A stretch of 64,000 nt of DNA from Deltaproteobacteria bacterium (lineage in GTDB: Bacteria; Desulfobacterota; Syntrophia; Syntrophales; Smithellaceae): the NCBI GenBank assembly GCA_025361065.1, contig JANYAY010000147.1:2166-66165 (forward strand), written 5' to 3'. Under the pieces are notes generated by a model. It made no database searches and had not been told where the DNA came from. It saw only the letters and a list, made by a program, of their open reading frames with translations. The number at the start of each line of letters is the position of its first letter. Positions within the stretch are counted from its first letter, which is position 1. Shown one piece after another: positions 9,008-17,583 of the stretch. Both the position numbers and the translations under genes were made by a program.

Positions 9008-9934
9008 CTATTTTATTTTTTTCATAATCCATTCTACCAACCCTAATTCTATAACCATTTTCGCTATTCGTTTAGGTAGTATTAGTTCAGCGGGACAATC
9101 TTGTGACGGTCTGTAGTTGAGAAGGTCTATAGAAGGTGTATGGACGACAAAATAAAGTTTTCGAAAATATCCTCCTGGAAATGAATCAATATATTGTTCA
9201 AAATCACTTGCTGTAGCTTCAGATTTCACTTGTACCTGATAGCAATCTCCGGTAATAGGTTCTAATAGTTCGAGATCGGCATATTTCATTGTTTCACCAA
9301 GAACGCTTACTCTTTGCCAACCGGCGTTTCTAAATAGCAGGTCAACAAGAGTTTCAAAGTCTTTCCAGTGTAGCCTACTAATCCCTTTTTCCATTTCAAG
9401 TTCCAGCTTCGTTTTAGCATCTAGAATTGATATATAACTTTCACTTGGACTATCATTGATCAGGCGTTTGAGATCTTCTGTTTCCTTCACTCTACAAATC
9501 GTTCCGCGGAACCCTTGAGTCTTTCCAATGTTTCCAGGGATTTGGTTCGCAGTCAGTATATGACCATGGATATCAGAATTGCTCCATGATGCAACCGACA
9601 GCCGATATTTTGAGATATTATCCTGTTGAACCGGTAGATTCGCGATTCTACACCACCATAACTGACTTTTATGAAATGTGATCCAAATGTCATTTGAACT
9701 AGATTCCACAAACATTCTCAGGGCATTAATATCTGTTGATGCTGCGCCTTTATTAATATACTCACCACTATGCTTTAGCTTTAGTATATCCCAATCCGCT
9801 TCGTTTATTTCATCTAGCGTCCATTCAGTCCATCCGATTCTTAGCTTGTTATCATGGATGCTCGATTCTTCCCATTTTCCTCCCTTTCCAAGTTTGATGT
9901 AGTAAGCGTCTTTGAAGTCTATTGGATTCATCAT
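9008..9934 (-). CDS. hypothetical protein with a C-terminal Mrr-like PD-(D/E)xK nuclease signature
   Basis: 308 aa. The C-terminal segment HWKDFETLVDLLFRNAGW...YADLELLE...YQVQVKS fits the Mrr_cat pattern (FExLV..L, D-x-E, QxK). The N-terminal ~165 aa are unassigned. The gene is AT-rich. Confidence 0.55.
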   Translation of the reverse strand: MMNPIDFKDAYYIKLGKGGKWEESSIHDNKLRIGWTEWTLDEINEADWDILKLKHSGEYINKGAASTDINALRMFVESSSNDIWITFHKSQLWWCRIANLPVQQDNISKYRLSVASWSNSDIHGHILTANQIPGNIGKTQGFRGTICRVKETEDLKRLINDSPSESYISILDAKTKLELEMEKGISRLHWKDFETLVDLLFRNAGWQRVSVLGETMKYADLELLEPITGDCYQVQVKSEATASDFEQYIDSFPGGYFRKLYFVVHTPSIDLLNYRPSQDCPAELILPKRIAKMVIELGLVEWIMKKIK

Positions 9935-10048
9935 GTAATTCGCCTAAGCCCGAGTATCGATATAAATAGAGGGGCTGCCCCTTTCTCCTTTAGTTTCGCC
10001 ATAACACTTTTGTTCATGGGCAAACATTGGCGTGCTCCGTGGAACAAC

Positions 10049-10744
10049 TTAGGGAAGAATGTCCCGAGCAACCTCAAAAATCAGCGGCCATATTTTCCTA
10101 TTACCTTCATACAAGTGTCCTAGGTTATAGGAACTACCATCTCTACGATATACACCGCCGCTTATGTCCAAGCACAAGAATGGAATATCATCTTTCAGGA
10201 GAAACCAAAAGTTATATGCGTATTCCCCAAAGAACGGTTCTATCTTTCTTAAATTTTCCTCCTTACCGAGACCAGGAAACTTCTCAAAAAGGTGGTGTCT
10301 TTTACCTCCACCTTCTCCTGAAGTATCTAAGCAGCCATTTCGGCATTCCCATTTATGTATACTAAATGCACTATGAGTGAGAAACGCAGAAATAAATCGA
10401 TAAACAAGAGTAGTTGGAGTGCTTAGCGGAAGTTGTGAAGGTACGGGTAATCCAATCATAAAAGAAATTCTGTCAAGTGTATCTTTTAAATTATTTGCGT
10501 CAAACATTTCAGCCCATATATCTAATGGTCCTTGCAATGTGCTGTTGTCAAACTTCGCAAAAATATGCAGACGTCCTTCTCTATTGAAGTCAGCAATATG
10601 ATTTTTCTCATCATCAAAAAGAGCAAGACAATCGTACAACCCACCTCCAGGATGGGTTTCAATCACTCTGAATTTGTCGGGGTAGCGTCTATGCAATTCA
10701 CTAACTATACGCCAAGATGCAATCTCAACCAATTGAGTATTCAT
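10049..10744 (-). CDS. hypothetical protein (no recognisable family), upstream partner of the nuclease-like gene
   Basis: 231-aa ORF with an ATG and a purine-rich RBS. It has the same strand and AT-rich composition as 9008-9934, with a 114-nt gap. Confidence 0.6.
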   Translation of the reverse strand: MNTQLVEIASWRIVSELHRRYPDKFRVIETHPGGGLYDCLALFDDEKNHIADFNREGRLHIFAKFDNSTLQGPLDIWAEMFDANNLKDTLDRISFMIGLPVPSQLPLSTPTTLVYRFISAFLTHSAFSIHKWECRNGCLDTSGEGGGKRHHLFEKFPGLGKEENLRKIEPFFGEYAYNFWFLLKDDIPFLCLDISGGVYRRDGSSYNLGHLYEGNRKIWPLIFEVARDILP

Positions 10745-11001
10745 ATTCTACCTTTGAGTCCCTTTCTATAGTCTCATAATTGGCTGCGTAATAATTAATA
10801 TCCGAACTTCGCTTTTCCCGATGAACCTAATAGCATATTAGCACTATTTGTTTTATTTTAAAGAGGAAATCACATAGCTTCATTGATAACGGATTTGAAA
10901 TGTTGCATTTTTGTCGAGGTTGATGATTTATTCATTAGCAGGAAGTATGCATCAACCAGATGAATCTTTATTTTTCCGTTTCATTTACGTTTACCTCTCA
11001 G

Positions 11002-12387
11002 CTACAGCACCAGCTCCTCAATAAAAGCGATGAGCTGGTTGACGTTACGGCAGAGACGAACTTCATGGCAGTGGTGCGTGTAAGTCTTAATCTCGCTGTC
11101 CCCAGTGCCCCAGAGGCTTTCCGGTTCGGGATTGAGCCAGATCACCCGCCGGCAGCGTTCGCGCATTTCACCCAGAATCGAATCCTCGGGGTGCATATAG
11201 TTGGAACGTCCGTCGCCGACGATAATGAGTGTTGTCTTTTTCGTCAGAAGCTCCATATACTCTCTCTTAAAATGACGAAACGTTTCACCGTAATCTGTTT
11301 GTGCATTATAATGAACGTCCGCTTCTTTCATGACAATACGCGTCGCCTCTTCAATGTCATGCTCCTCAAAGATATCTGTGACGTCCGTTAAGCGGTCAAT
11401 GAAGACAAAACTGTTCACCTTGTCAAAGCAATCCTGAAGGGAATAAAGGAGATTAAGCATGAAGCGGGCCGCCGCCCAGACGGAGCCGGATACGTCGCAC
11501 AGCGTGACAATCCGGCTTTTACGCAGGGCTTTCCGGCGGTATTTTATTTCGAGAGGAACGCCGTTGTATTTGGCCGATGACCTCAGTGTTTTTTTGACGT
11601 CCAGATTTCCCCGATCCCGCACCGCGAAGCGACGACTGACTACGTTCTTCAATTTACGCACCAGCTTATCGATGGCTTCCCGCATCTCTTCCACTTCCTG
11701 GAGGGTGAAGGACGAGAAATCTTTTTCTCCCAGATCCTTCAGTCGCTGGTCATAGGTTTTGACTTTTCGAGTACCGGCATCCCCCGATTGCGGTTCGTAC
11801 ATCAGGAGGGAACGGGCGGCATCGAATCGTTCGTTAAAATGAACGGCAAGATCGCGAAGGGCCGCAGATTCCATTTTAAAATAATTATCCTCCACCAATG
11901 CGGCGGCAGCGGAAGCTGCGTTGATTATCTGCATGAGGACGTTGATGCGACTGGCCAGCGGCCCGAAATTAAAGCGGGTCGGTGTTGTTTGATTGTCCGA
12001 TTCCGTATGAATCCGGCGCATTTCCGCAAGCAGCGGCAGGGGATTGCCGCCCAGAAAGTCCACTACGGCGTCGTAAACGGGATCATCGTGAGGCTTTTCC
12101 TTAAGAAGCGCTGCCGCTTTCCTTATTTGATCGGTCTGGGAGGCCGCTAATCTCATATCACCCGCATTCACACGCATTTCATGAAAGAAGAGATGATAGA
12201 TGCGGTCAAAGTGCTGTAATTCTCTTTGGCTCTTGGCAAAATTGGCACGAAGCAGTGCCCGAAATTGCGTCTCATCAGTTGGATCGATCAGTTTCAACTG
12301 ATGCAGACTGTCGAGAACCTCCGACGTGGAAACGCGCAGTCCCGCAGCCCGGCAGCAGGAAACGAATTGTTGGATCAGCAATACCAT
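11002..12387 (-). CDS. VWA domain protein (CoxE-like)
   Basis: 461 aa with a C-terminal VWA domain and MIDAS motif (LCDVSGSV; LIIVGDGRSN). Confidence 0.85.
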   Translation of the reverse strand: MVLLIQQFVSCCRAAGLRVSTSEVLDSLHQLKLIDPTDETQFRALLRANFAKSQRELQHFDRIYHLFFHEMRVNAGDMRLAASQTDQIRKAAALLKEKPHDDPVYDAVVDFLGGNPLPLLAEMRRIHTESDNQTTPTRFNFGPLASRINVLMQIINAASAAAALVEDNYFKMESAALRDLAVHFNERFDAARSLLMYEPQSGDAGTRKVKTYDQRLKDLGEKDFSSFTLQEVEEMREAIDKLVRKLKNVVSRRFAVRDRGNLDVKKTLRSSAKYNGVPLEIKYRRKALRKSRIVTLCDVSGSVWAAARFMLNLLYSLQDCFDKVNSFVFIDRLTDVTDIFEEHDIEEATRIVMKEADVHYNAQTDYGETFRHFKREYMELLTKKTTLIIVGDGRSNYMHPEDSILGEMRERCRRVIWLNPEPESLWGTGDSEIKTYTHHCHEVRLCRNVNQLIAFIEELVL

Positions 12388-12443
12388 AGATCACCGGATT
12401 ACATTTTTAATATTTCTGGATCCCCGGAAGTTTCCTTCACCCA

Positions 12444-13376
12444 TCAGGTAACGATCCGATCCATATTCTTCCGCACTTTTTCCATATCCATCTGGTATTT
12501 GCAAATGACATTGAGCGTTTCCGAAAGAACTTCCGGGGTCAGTTCATGAATCTGCAGCGCCAGAAGCGATTGTGCCCAGTCCAGGGTTTCCGAAATGCTG
12601 GGGCTTTTTTTCAGATCCAGCGTACGGATTTTGCGGATAGCGTCAACCAAAACAGCGCAAAGTTTTTCCTCGATGTCCGGAATTTTCAAGCGGACAATAT
12701 CGATCTCCGTTTCCCGCGCAGGATAATCGATATACAAATGAACGCAGCGGCGCTTGAGGGCGTCACTCATATCCCGATAGTTATTGGACGTCAGCAGAAC
12801 AAAGGGTATCTTGATGGCTTTGCGGGTGCCCAGTTCGGGGATGGATACCTGAAAATCACTGAGCAGTTCCAGAAGAAAGGCTTCAAATTCCGGATCGGAC
12901 TTGTCGACTTCGTCCAGCAGCAGCACTACCGGCTTCTCCGAACTGATGGCTTGCAGAAGTGGGCGCGGCTGGATAAAGCGGTCGGAAAAAAAAGCGTCTT
13001 CCTGTGCGGCTATCTGATCTACAGCTTCAGCCAGTGTCGCTGTGGAGCTGATAATATCGTTAATCCTATCCTTCACCATCTGTGTATAGAGCAGTTGCTT
13101 GGCGTATTCCCATTCATAAAGGGCTTTGGCCTCATCCAGGCCTTCGTAGCACTGAAGGCGGATCAGCTCGCGATCGAGGCTCCGGGCGACCGCTTTAGCC
13201 AGTTCCGTTTTTCCCACACCTGCCGGTCCTTCGATTAAAATTGGTTTTTGGGTCGCCTGCGCCAGGAAAACAACAGTTGTTATTTCCCGGGAAGGAATAT
13301 AGCCGGCCTGTGTAAGCCTCAATTGGACATCCGCAATACTATTATATTCCATTAACAATTTAATCCTTTCTGACAT
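12444..13376 (-). CDS. MoxR/CoxD-like AAA+ ATPase
   Basis: Walker A GPAGVGKT and Walker B VLLLDEVDK. The ATG at 13376 is preferred over the TTG at 13436. Confidence 0.85.
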   Translation of the reverse strand: MSERIKLLMEYNSIADVQLRLTQAGYIPSREITTVVFLAQATQKPILIEGPAGVGKTELAKAVARSLDRELIRLQCYEGLDEAKALYEWEYAKQLLYTQMVKDRINDIISSTATLAEAVDQIAAQEDAFFSDRFIQPRPLLQAISSEKPVVLLLDEVDKSDPEFEAFLLELLSDFQVSIPELGTRKAIKIPFVLLTSNNYRDMSDALKRRCVHLYIDYPARETEIDIVRLKIPDIEEKLCAVLVDAIRKIRTLDLKKSPSISETLDWAQSLLALQIHELTPEVLSETLNVICKYQMDMEKVRKNMDRIVT

Positions 13377-13795
13377 TTTATCAATAATAAGGGGAAGATG
13401 TATTGATTGATAAGGACTTCTTTTAATTGGTCGCAAGTATAGTTAGACCTTGCTTGTATGTCAATGAAAATCACTGTCCTGTGGAGGGGCGTGATAACTA
13501 AGTATTGAAAATTGCGATAAGTCACTTACACAATGCTTTACGGATGGTTTACTTCTACACATAATCAAATGAGTTTTGATTATAGAAGGATAATTATTTT
13601 GGGGCGCTTTCTTAAATTGTCCTGACATATATTTGACTTGACAGACAACATCAAATGTAGGTCCTGCCTCGGTTTTCGGTTTCGCCTACATAAGTCTCAG
13701 AAGTGGGCAGTTGTCAGAATTGAGAATTACGGATCAAAATAGAGTAACACAGCCATGGACAGAGAGCAGGATTTATTGGCGATCAGGGACAACAC

Positions 13796-14605
13796 CTAGC
13801 CTTTTCTTTTGAGAACGGCAAAACAGCCGTACCTCTTATTCGACACCATGCATTCATAAATGAGTTCACTTGCATTCTTTTCTTCGAGGAATTCATCAAC
13901 TGCCGTCTTTACACCTGTTGAGAAAAAGTCATAATCATCCACAATTATTATAGCTCCAGTTGAAGTTGTTTGGTGAAGAAAGTTAAGAGTGAGTTTTATT
14001 GGCTCATAAAAATCGAAATCCACGTAAGCAAAACTTACTGCTTTGGGTAAGCTTACATCATCACTAATCAGTTGGTCAATTAATCCCTTGTGAATAACAA
14101 ACCTCTGTGGTGGAAATGATATTGCCTTAAGACGAGTGCGGACCATTTCTTCTGGGCACGACATTGTCCCGGTGTAGGCTTCAATACTGCCTAGTGAAAA
14201 AATATCGTCCTTAAGTTGATCTTCTTTTGTAGGTTTGGAGAGTCCTTCAAAAGAGTCGAACAAGTGAAGGATTTTATTGCCGGATTGTATTTCATTGGCG
14301 ATGAGAGCCGATGTCTCCCCTTGGGCCACTCCAAATTCACAAACGACACCACTAACATCTTTGCACTCAGCCAATGCATGCACAATGAAATATGCTTCGG
14401 CTGGTTGTGTACCAGTCAACCGGACAAGTAGTTTTGAACGAATTTCGTTTGCAACTATAAAAATTCCTAATTCATTGAGACGCTGCTCATATGCTTGCGC
14501 AAGGTTTGAAAAGTTGATGAAGATGTCTCGTTCTCCTGAACTACTGTGTAGTTCATATCCCAAGACTGCGAGGGCTTTCTTGATTGCCTTCTTCAGAATT
14601 TTCAC
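13796..14605 (-). CDS. TylF/MycF-family SAM-dependent O-methyltransferase
   Basis: 269 aa with CEFGVAQGETS, LFDSFEGL and IIVDDYD stretches. GTG start with AAGGAGG. AT-rich. Confidence 0.7.
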   Translation of the reverse strand: MKILKKAIKKALAVLGYELHSSSGERDIFINFSNLAQAYEQRLNELGIFIVANEIRSKLLVRLTGTQPAEAYFIVHALAECKDVSGVVCEFGVAQGETSALIANEIQSGNKILHLFDSFEGLSKPTKEDQLKDDIFSLGSIEAYTGTMSCPEEMVRTRLKAISFPPQRFVIHKGLIDQLISDDVSLPKAVSFAYVDFDFYEPIKLTLNFLHQTTSTGAIIIVDDYDFFSTGVKTAVDEFLEEKNASELIYECMVSNKRYGCFAVLKRKG

Positions 14606-14781
14606 GTAGCCTCCTTGCCTAGTAACGGGGTGTGTTTCTGGAGGAAGCCGGACAATTCATCATTCTCGCTGAGCAAATCCATGTTCAGGTTCCTTTTCAT
14701 ACCCCAGCGAGTTCCGGCCTCGTGGCGGAACTGAGCCGTGTACAACATCAGTGCCGAGTGTCCGTCTGGGAAAGCGCCTTA

Positions 14782-15609
14782 TTAGACCTTCTCAAATATG
14801 ATGCCTTCGTCTTCCTGTTCAAGATTGTACATTTCAGTCAAATGACTAAGAAAGTCTGAGGCGGGCAACTTAAGTCGTTTCGATGGTATAGTCACCATAG
14901 AAAAATAAGGCTCGATTACTGATAGAAATTGCTCTACTGTTACACCACCAACATTCTTCAGGTGATGCGGCAAAAACTCTACTACGAGCAGCTTACATCT
15001 GGAGAGTATCTCCTGCATCCCCTGCAAGGCAAAGTATTCAGATCCCTCTATGTCCATAACAACAATATCAAAGTCTTTTTCTTTTAGGTATTTATCAAGA
15101 CCAACTGCCTTAATAGAGATTGTTTCCGGATTATCATAGTAATACATAAATTTTTTAATCTTCGGAGTTCGTTTACTGCCTCCCGAATTTACCCTACTCA
15201 GTAAAAATTTAATATTTTCCTCTTTATCACTTGCGGCTATATTTATTGCCTGACAATTAGAAGCCGAATTCAATGCAATATTTATTGTTAACAAATCGTA
15301 TGTGGTTGGATTTGCCTCTATAGCGACAACCTTTTTACAAAGTTTAGATATAGGTATCGCCAATGTGCCGATGTGTGCCCCTATGATTAAGACTCTACTA
15401 TCTGGTGTAATATGTGGCTTCAACCTTTCAATTTCATCCAAACCATGCTTCCCCCACATTCGCAATTTTCCGCCAACCCCAAAATCTTCTGGATCAACGG
15501 CAAACAAACCATTATCTGACTTTACGATCAATGCAAATACATGCGATCCAAGAATTTTTTTGGTGAAAGTAGCTATCAATATTTGAATAGCAATTTTTAA
15601 TAGTCTCAT
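14782..15609 (-). CDS. FkbM-family methyltransferase
   Basis: 275 aa with the IGAHIGT and VMDIEGSEYFALQGM hallmarks. AT-rich. Ends in TAATAA. Confidence 0.7.
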   Translation of the reverse strand: MRLLKIAIQILIATFTKKILGSHVFALIVKSDNGLFAVDPEDFGVGGKLRMWGKHGLDEIERLKPHITPDSRVLIIGAHIGTLAIPISKLCKKVVAIEANPTTYDLLTINIALNSASNCQAINIAASDKEENIKFLLSRVNSGGSKRTPKIKKFMYYYDNPETISIKAVGLDKYLKEKDFDIVVMDIEGSEYFALQGMQEILSRCKLLVVEFLPHHLKNVGGVTVEQFLSVIEPYFSMVTIPSKRLKLPASDFLSHLTEMYNLEQEDEGIIFEKV

Positions 15610-16055
15610 GAATTAGCTCTGCCAAGGTCTAAATGTTTATATGGAAATATATATTTTAGAAAAACAAGAATTATAAATTTTATTTCTTTAAGGAACGATA
15701 GATTTATCTAAGTGAATTGTCAATAAATTCTTTGTTGTTGTAAGGAATACAATTTGAAAGAAAGTACGTCTGGATAAATTGTCTGATGCTTTGTTAAAGA
15801 AGTAACATAGCATATTTTGCTCTAGAAAAACTTCATTCATTTTATTGCCCATCAAATGAGTTTGGGAAGTGATTTATCGCAATTATTGGGGTCGCCTTAT
15901 CTCACACGGCCACAACTGTCCTATCCTGGAATTGAGGGGAGCACTCGGTGTGAACTCTTTTTATCTAAATATTTCCCGAATAGAGAAATATCTTGACATA
16001 GCCCGGAGAACCATACATTTTAACGACAAATGAAATTATGTAAGGAGAAATTTAT

Positions 16056-16775
16056 ATGTTAAAAGCATGGTTTCGGATTCCTTTGATTGTCGTGGCCTTG
16101 ACCCTTTGCGTCCTTTTGCCGGAGATCGCATCAGCTTTCCTGGAATTTGGGGTAAAATGGGACGAAAGTTACAGTTTCGACAAATCTAATGTCTTTAAAA
16201 TTGAATTTTACGCCAAGAATAATGAATTGATGCGGACTGTAAATTTAAAAACCTGTTACCAATCAACCGGTGATAATTTTGTAACAAAAATGACTGAGAA
16301 TGGTAAAGGAAACTACACGGAAACCGTGCTGGACAAAAAAAATGAAGTAGCCATTCAAATTTTTGGTTTCGGTGGAGGTGTTGTGCCGCAATACAATGCC
16401 GGACGCTTTAAATATCCAACCGAAACGGAATTGAAAAAACTCGACATCTTGCCAACGACTGAAACCAAACAAATAGCCGGCTTCACCTGCAAAAAATATA
16501 CTTACTCCTACAAGAAAATTTTCGGCGAAGTCTGGATTACAGACCAGATAAGCTTATCTAACGATTTGGGTGTTTTTCGCGCTGCTAAGATGGCCGCTAA
16601 GCACAATACTCTTTCGGTGAGCGGCTTTGTCATGGAAATGACCACGGAAGACTCAGGCGGCGGAAAGACGCTGATGACGACGGTTTCGCTAAACAACAGC
16701 GAGAACTATATGCTTGATTTTAGAGGGGTGAAAATGGGCACGGCTATCAATAAAGTGAATTATTACGTTTTTTAA
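16056..16775 (+). CDS. secreted hypothetical protein
   Basis: 239 aa with an N-terminal signal peptide (LIVVALTLCVLLPEIASA) and an AAGGAG RBS. Confidence 0.65.
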   Translation: MLKAWFRIPLIVVALTLCVLLPEIASAFLEFGVKWDESYSFDKSNVFKIEFYAKNNELMRTVNLKTCYQSTGDNFVTKMTENGKGNYTETVLDKKNEVAIQIFGFGGGVVPQYNAGRFKYPTETELKKLDILPTTETKQIAGFTCKKYTYSYKKIFGEVWITDQISLSNDLGVFRAAKMAAKHNTLSVSGFVMEMTTEDSGGGKTLMTTVSLNNSENYMLDFRGVKMGTAINKVNYYVF

Positions 16776-16873
16776 TCCCGCTCACGCGGGACGAGCGTTA
16801 ATTCTCGTGAGCTCGCTCGCGATATAATGATGTTCATTTCATACCTCGCGAGCTTGTTGCGAGGTGGTTGATT
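16774..16873 (-). repeat. SR100 repeat, copy 2
   Basis: Full-length alignment with the other copies. It lies between convergent genes and overlaps the 3' end of the GDPD gene. Confidence 0.8.
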
Positions 16874-17583
16874 ATGCGGGGAACATCATCTGTTATTATT
16901 ATATCCGCGACACTGGCAATCAGGTCAAATTGTTTATCGGTGTTTACTGTCCAGAAAGCAATTTTCTTCCTGAATAATTTTAGCAGTCCGATCATTAAAT
17001 AAACCCGATTTTTGTTTATATGTTGGAAGATATCAACGGGAATGTTTAAGTATTGAGGCTTTATTTTTGCTATTCTCCTGGCAATATTGATAATTCCGAG
17101 GCCGAAATGCTTTTCTCCGAGAAGCATCCCTATTGTCACCTGACGTTCCCTAAAATAAGGAAGCAGGGCATGTTCAAAAGATGAAACAAGTAGATTTTTT
17201 CTGTCCAGATATTTTAGCAGCATATCACAGATTACAGGACAGTCGTCGGCCGTGAGCGTTTCCTCTTTCAATTCAATATTGATGATCTTATTTGACGGCA
17301 GAAACTTGAGGAATTCTTCCAGTTCCGGAATTCTTTGGCTGTCACCTATATCAACGTCTTTTAGAACATTCAGCTTCATATCAGCGACACTTCCGCTTTG
17401 ACCGGAAACACGGTCAATCGTATCATCATGAATTATTATATAGTGGCCGTCCCCGCACTTCTGCACGTCACATTCTATTCCGTGGGCGCCGGCGGCAAAA
17501 GCTTTACTGAAGGAGAGCAGGGTATTTTCCGGATATCGGGCGCGGTATCCCCTGTGCCCGAGCACTTTTATTTCCTTACTCAT
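16834..17583 (-). CDS. glycerophosphodiester phosphodiesterase
   Basis: GDPD motifs HRGYRARYPENT and ECDVQ. The last 12 codons and the stop lie inside the repeat. Confidence 0.85.
   Translation of the reverse strand: MSKEIKVLGHRGYRARYPENTLLSFSKAFAAGAHGIECDVQKCGDGHYIIIHDDTIDRVSGQSGSVADMKLNVLKDVDIGDSQRIPELEEFLKFLPSNKIINIELKEETLTADDCPVICDMLLKYLDRKNLLVSSFEHALLPYFRERQVTIGMLLGEKHFGLGIINIARRIAKIKPQYLNIPVDIFQHINKNRVYLMIGLLKLFRKKIAFWTVNTDKQFDLIASVADIIITDDVPRIINHLATSSRGMK

Noticed and set aside
11002-13376. MoxR-VWA pair as part of the same system as the AT-rich nuclease module
   Set aside because: Its composition is host-like (31/60 and 40/60 G+C on the 11041-11100 and 11101-11160 spot counts, versus about 30% in the islet). 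A 257-nt gap separates them. MoxR-VWA pairs are widespread housekeeping-type modules. Linkage cannot be excluded but is not supported.
14632-14859. 75-aa + strand ORF between the methyltransferase genes
   Set aside because: It overlaps the 3' end of the FkbM gene in antisense and has no RBS. The minus-strand open frame of the same spacer is reported instead as a low-interest observation.
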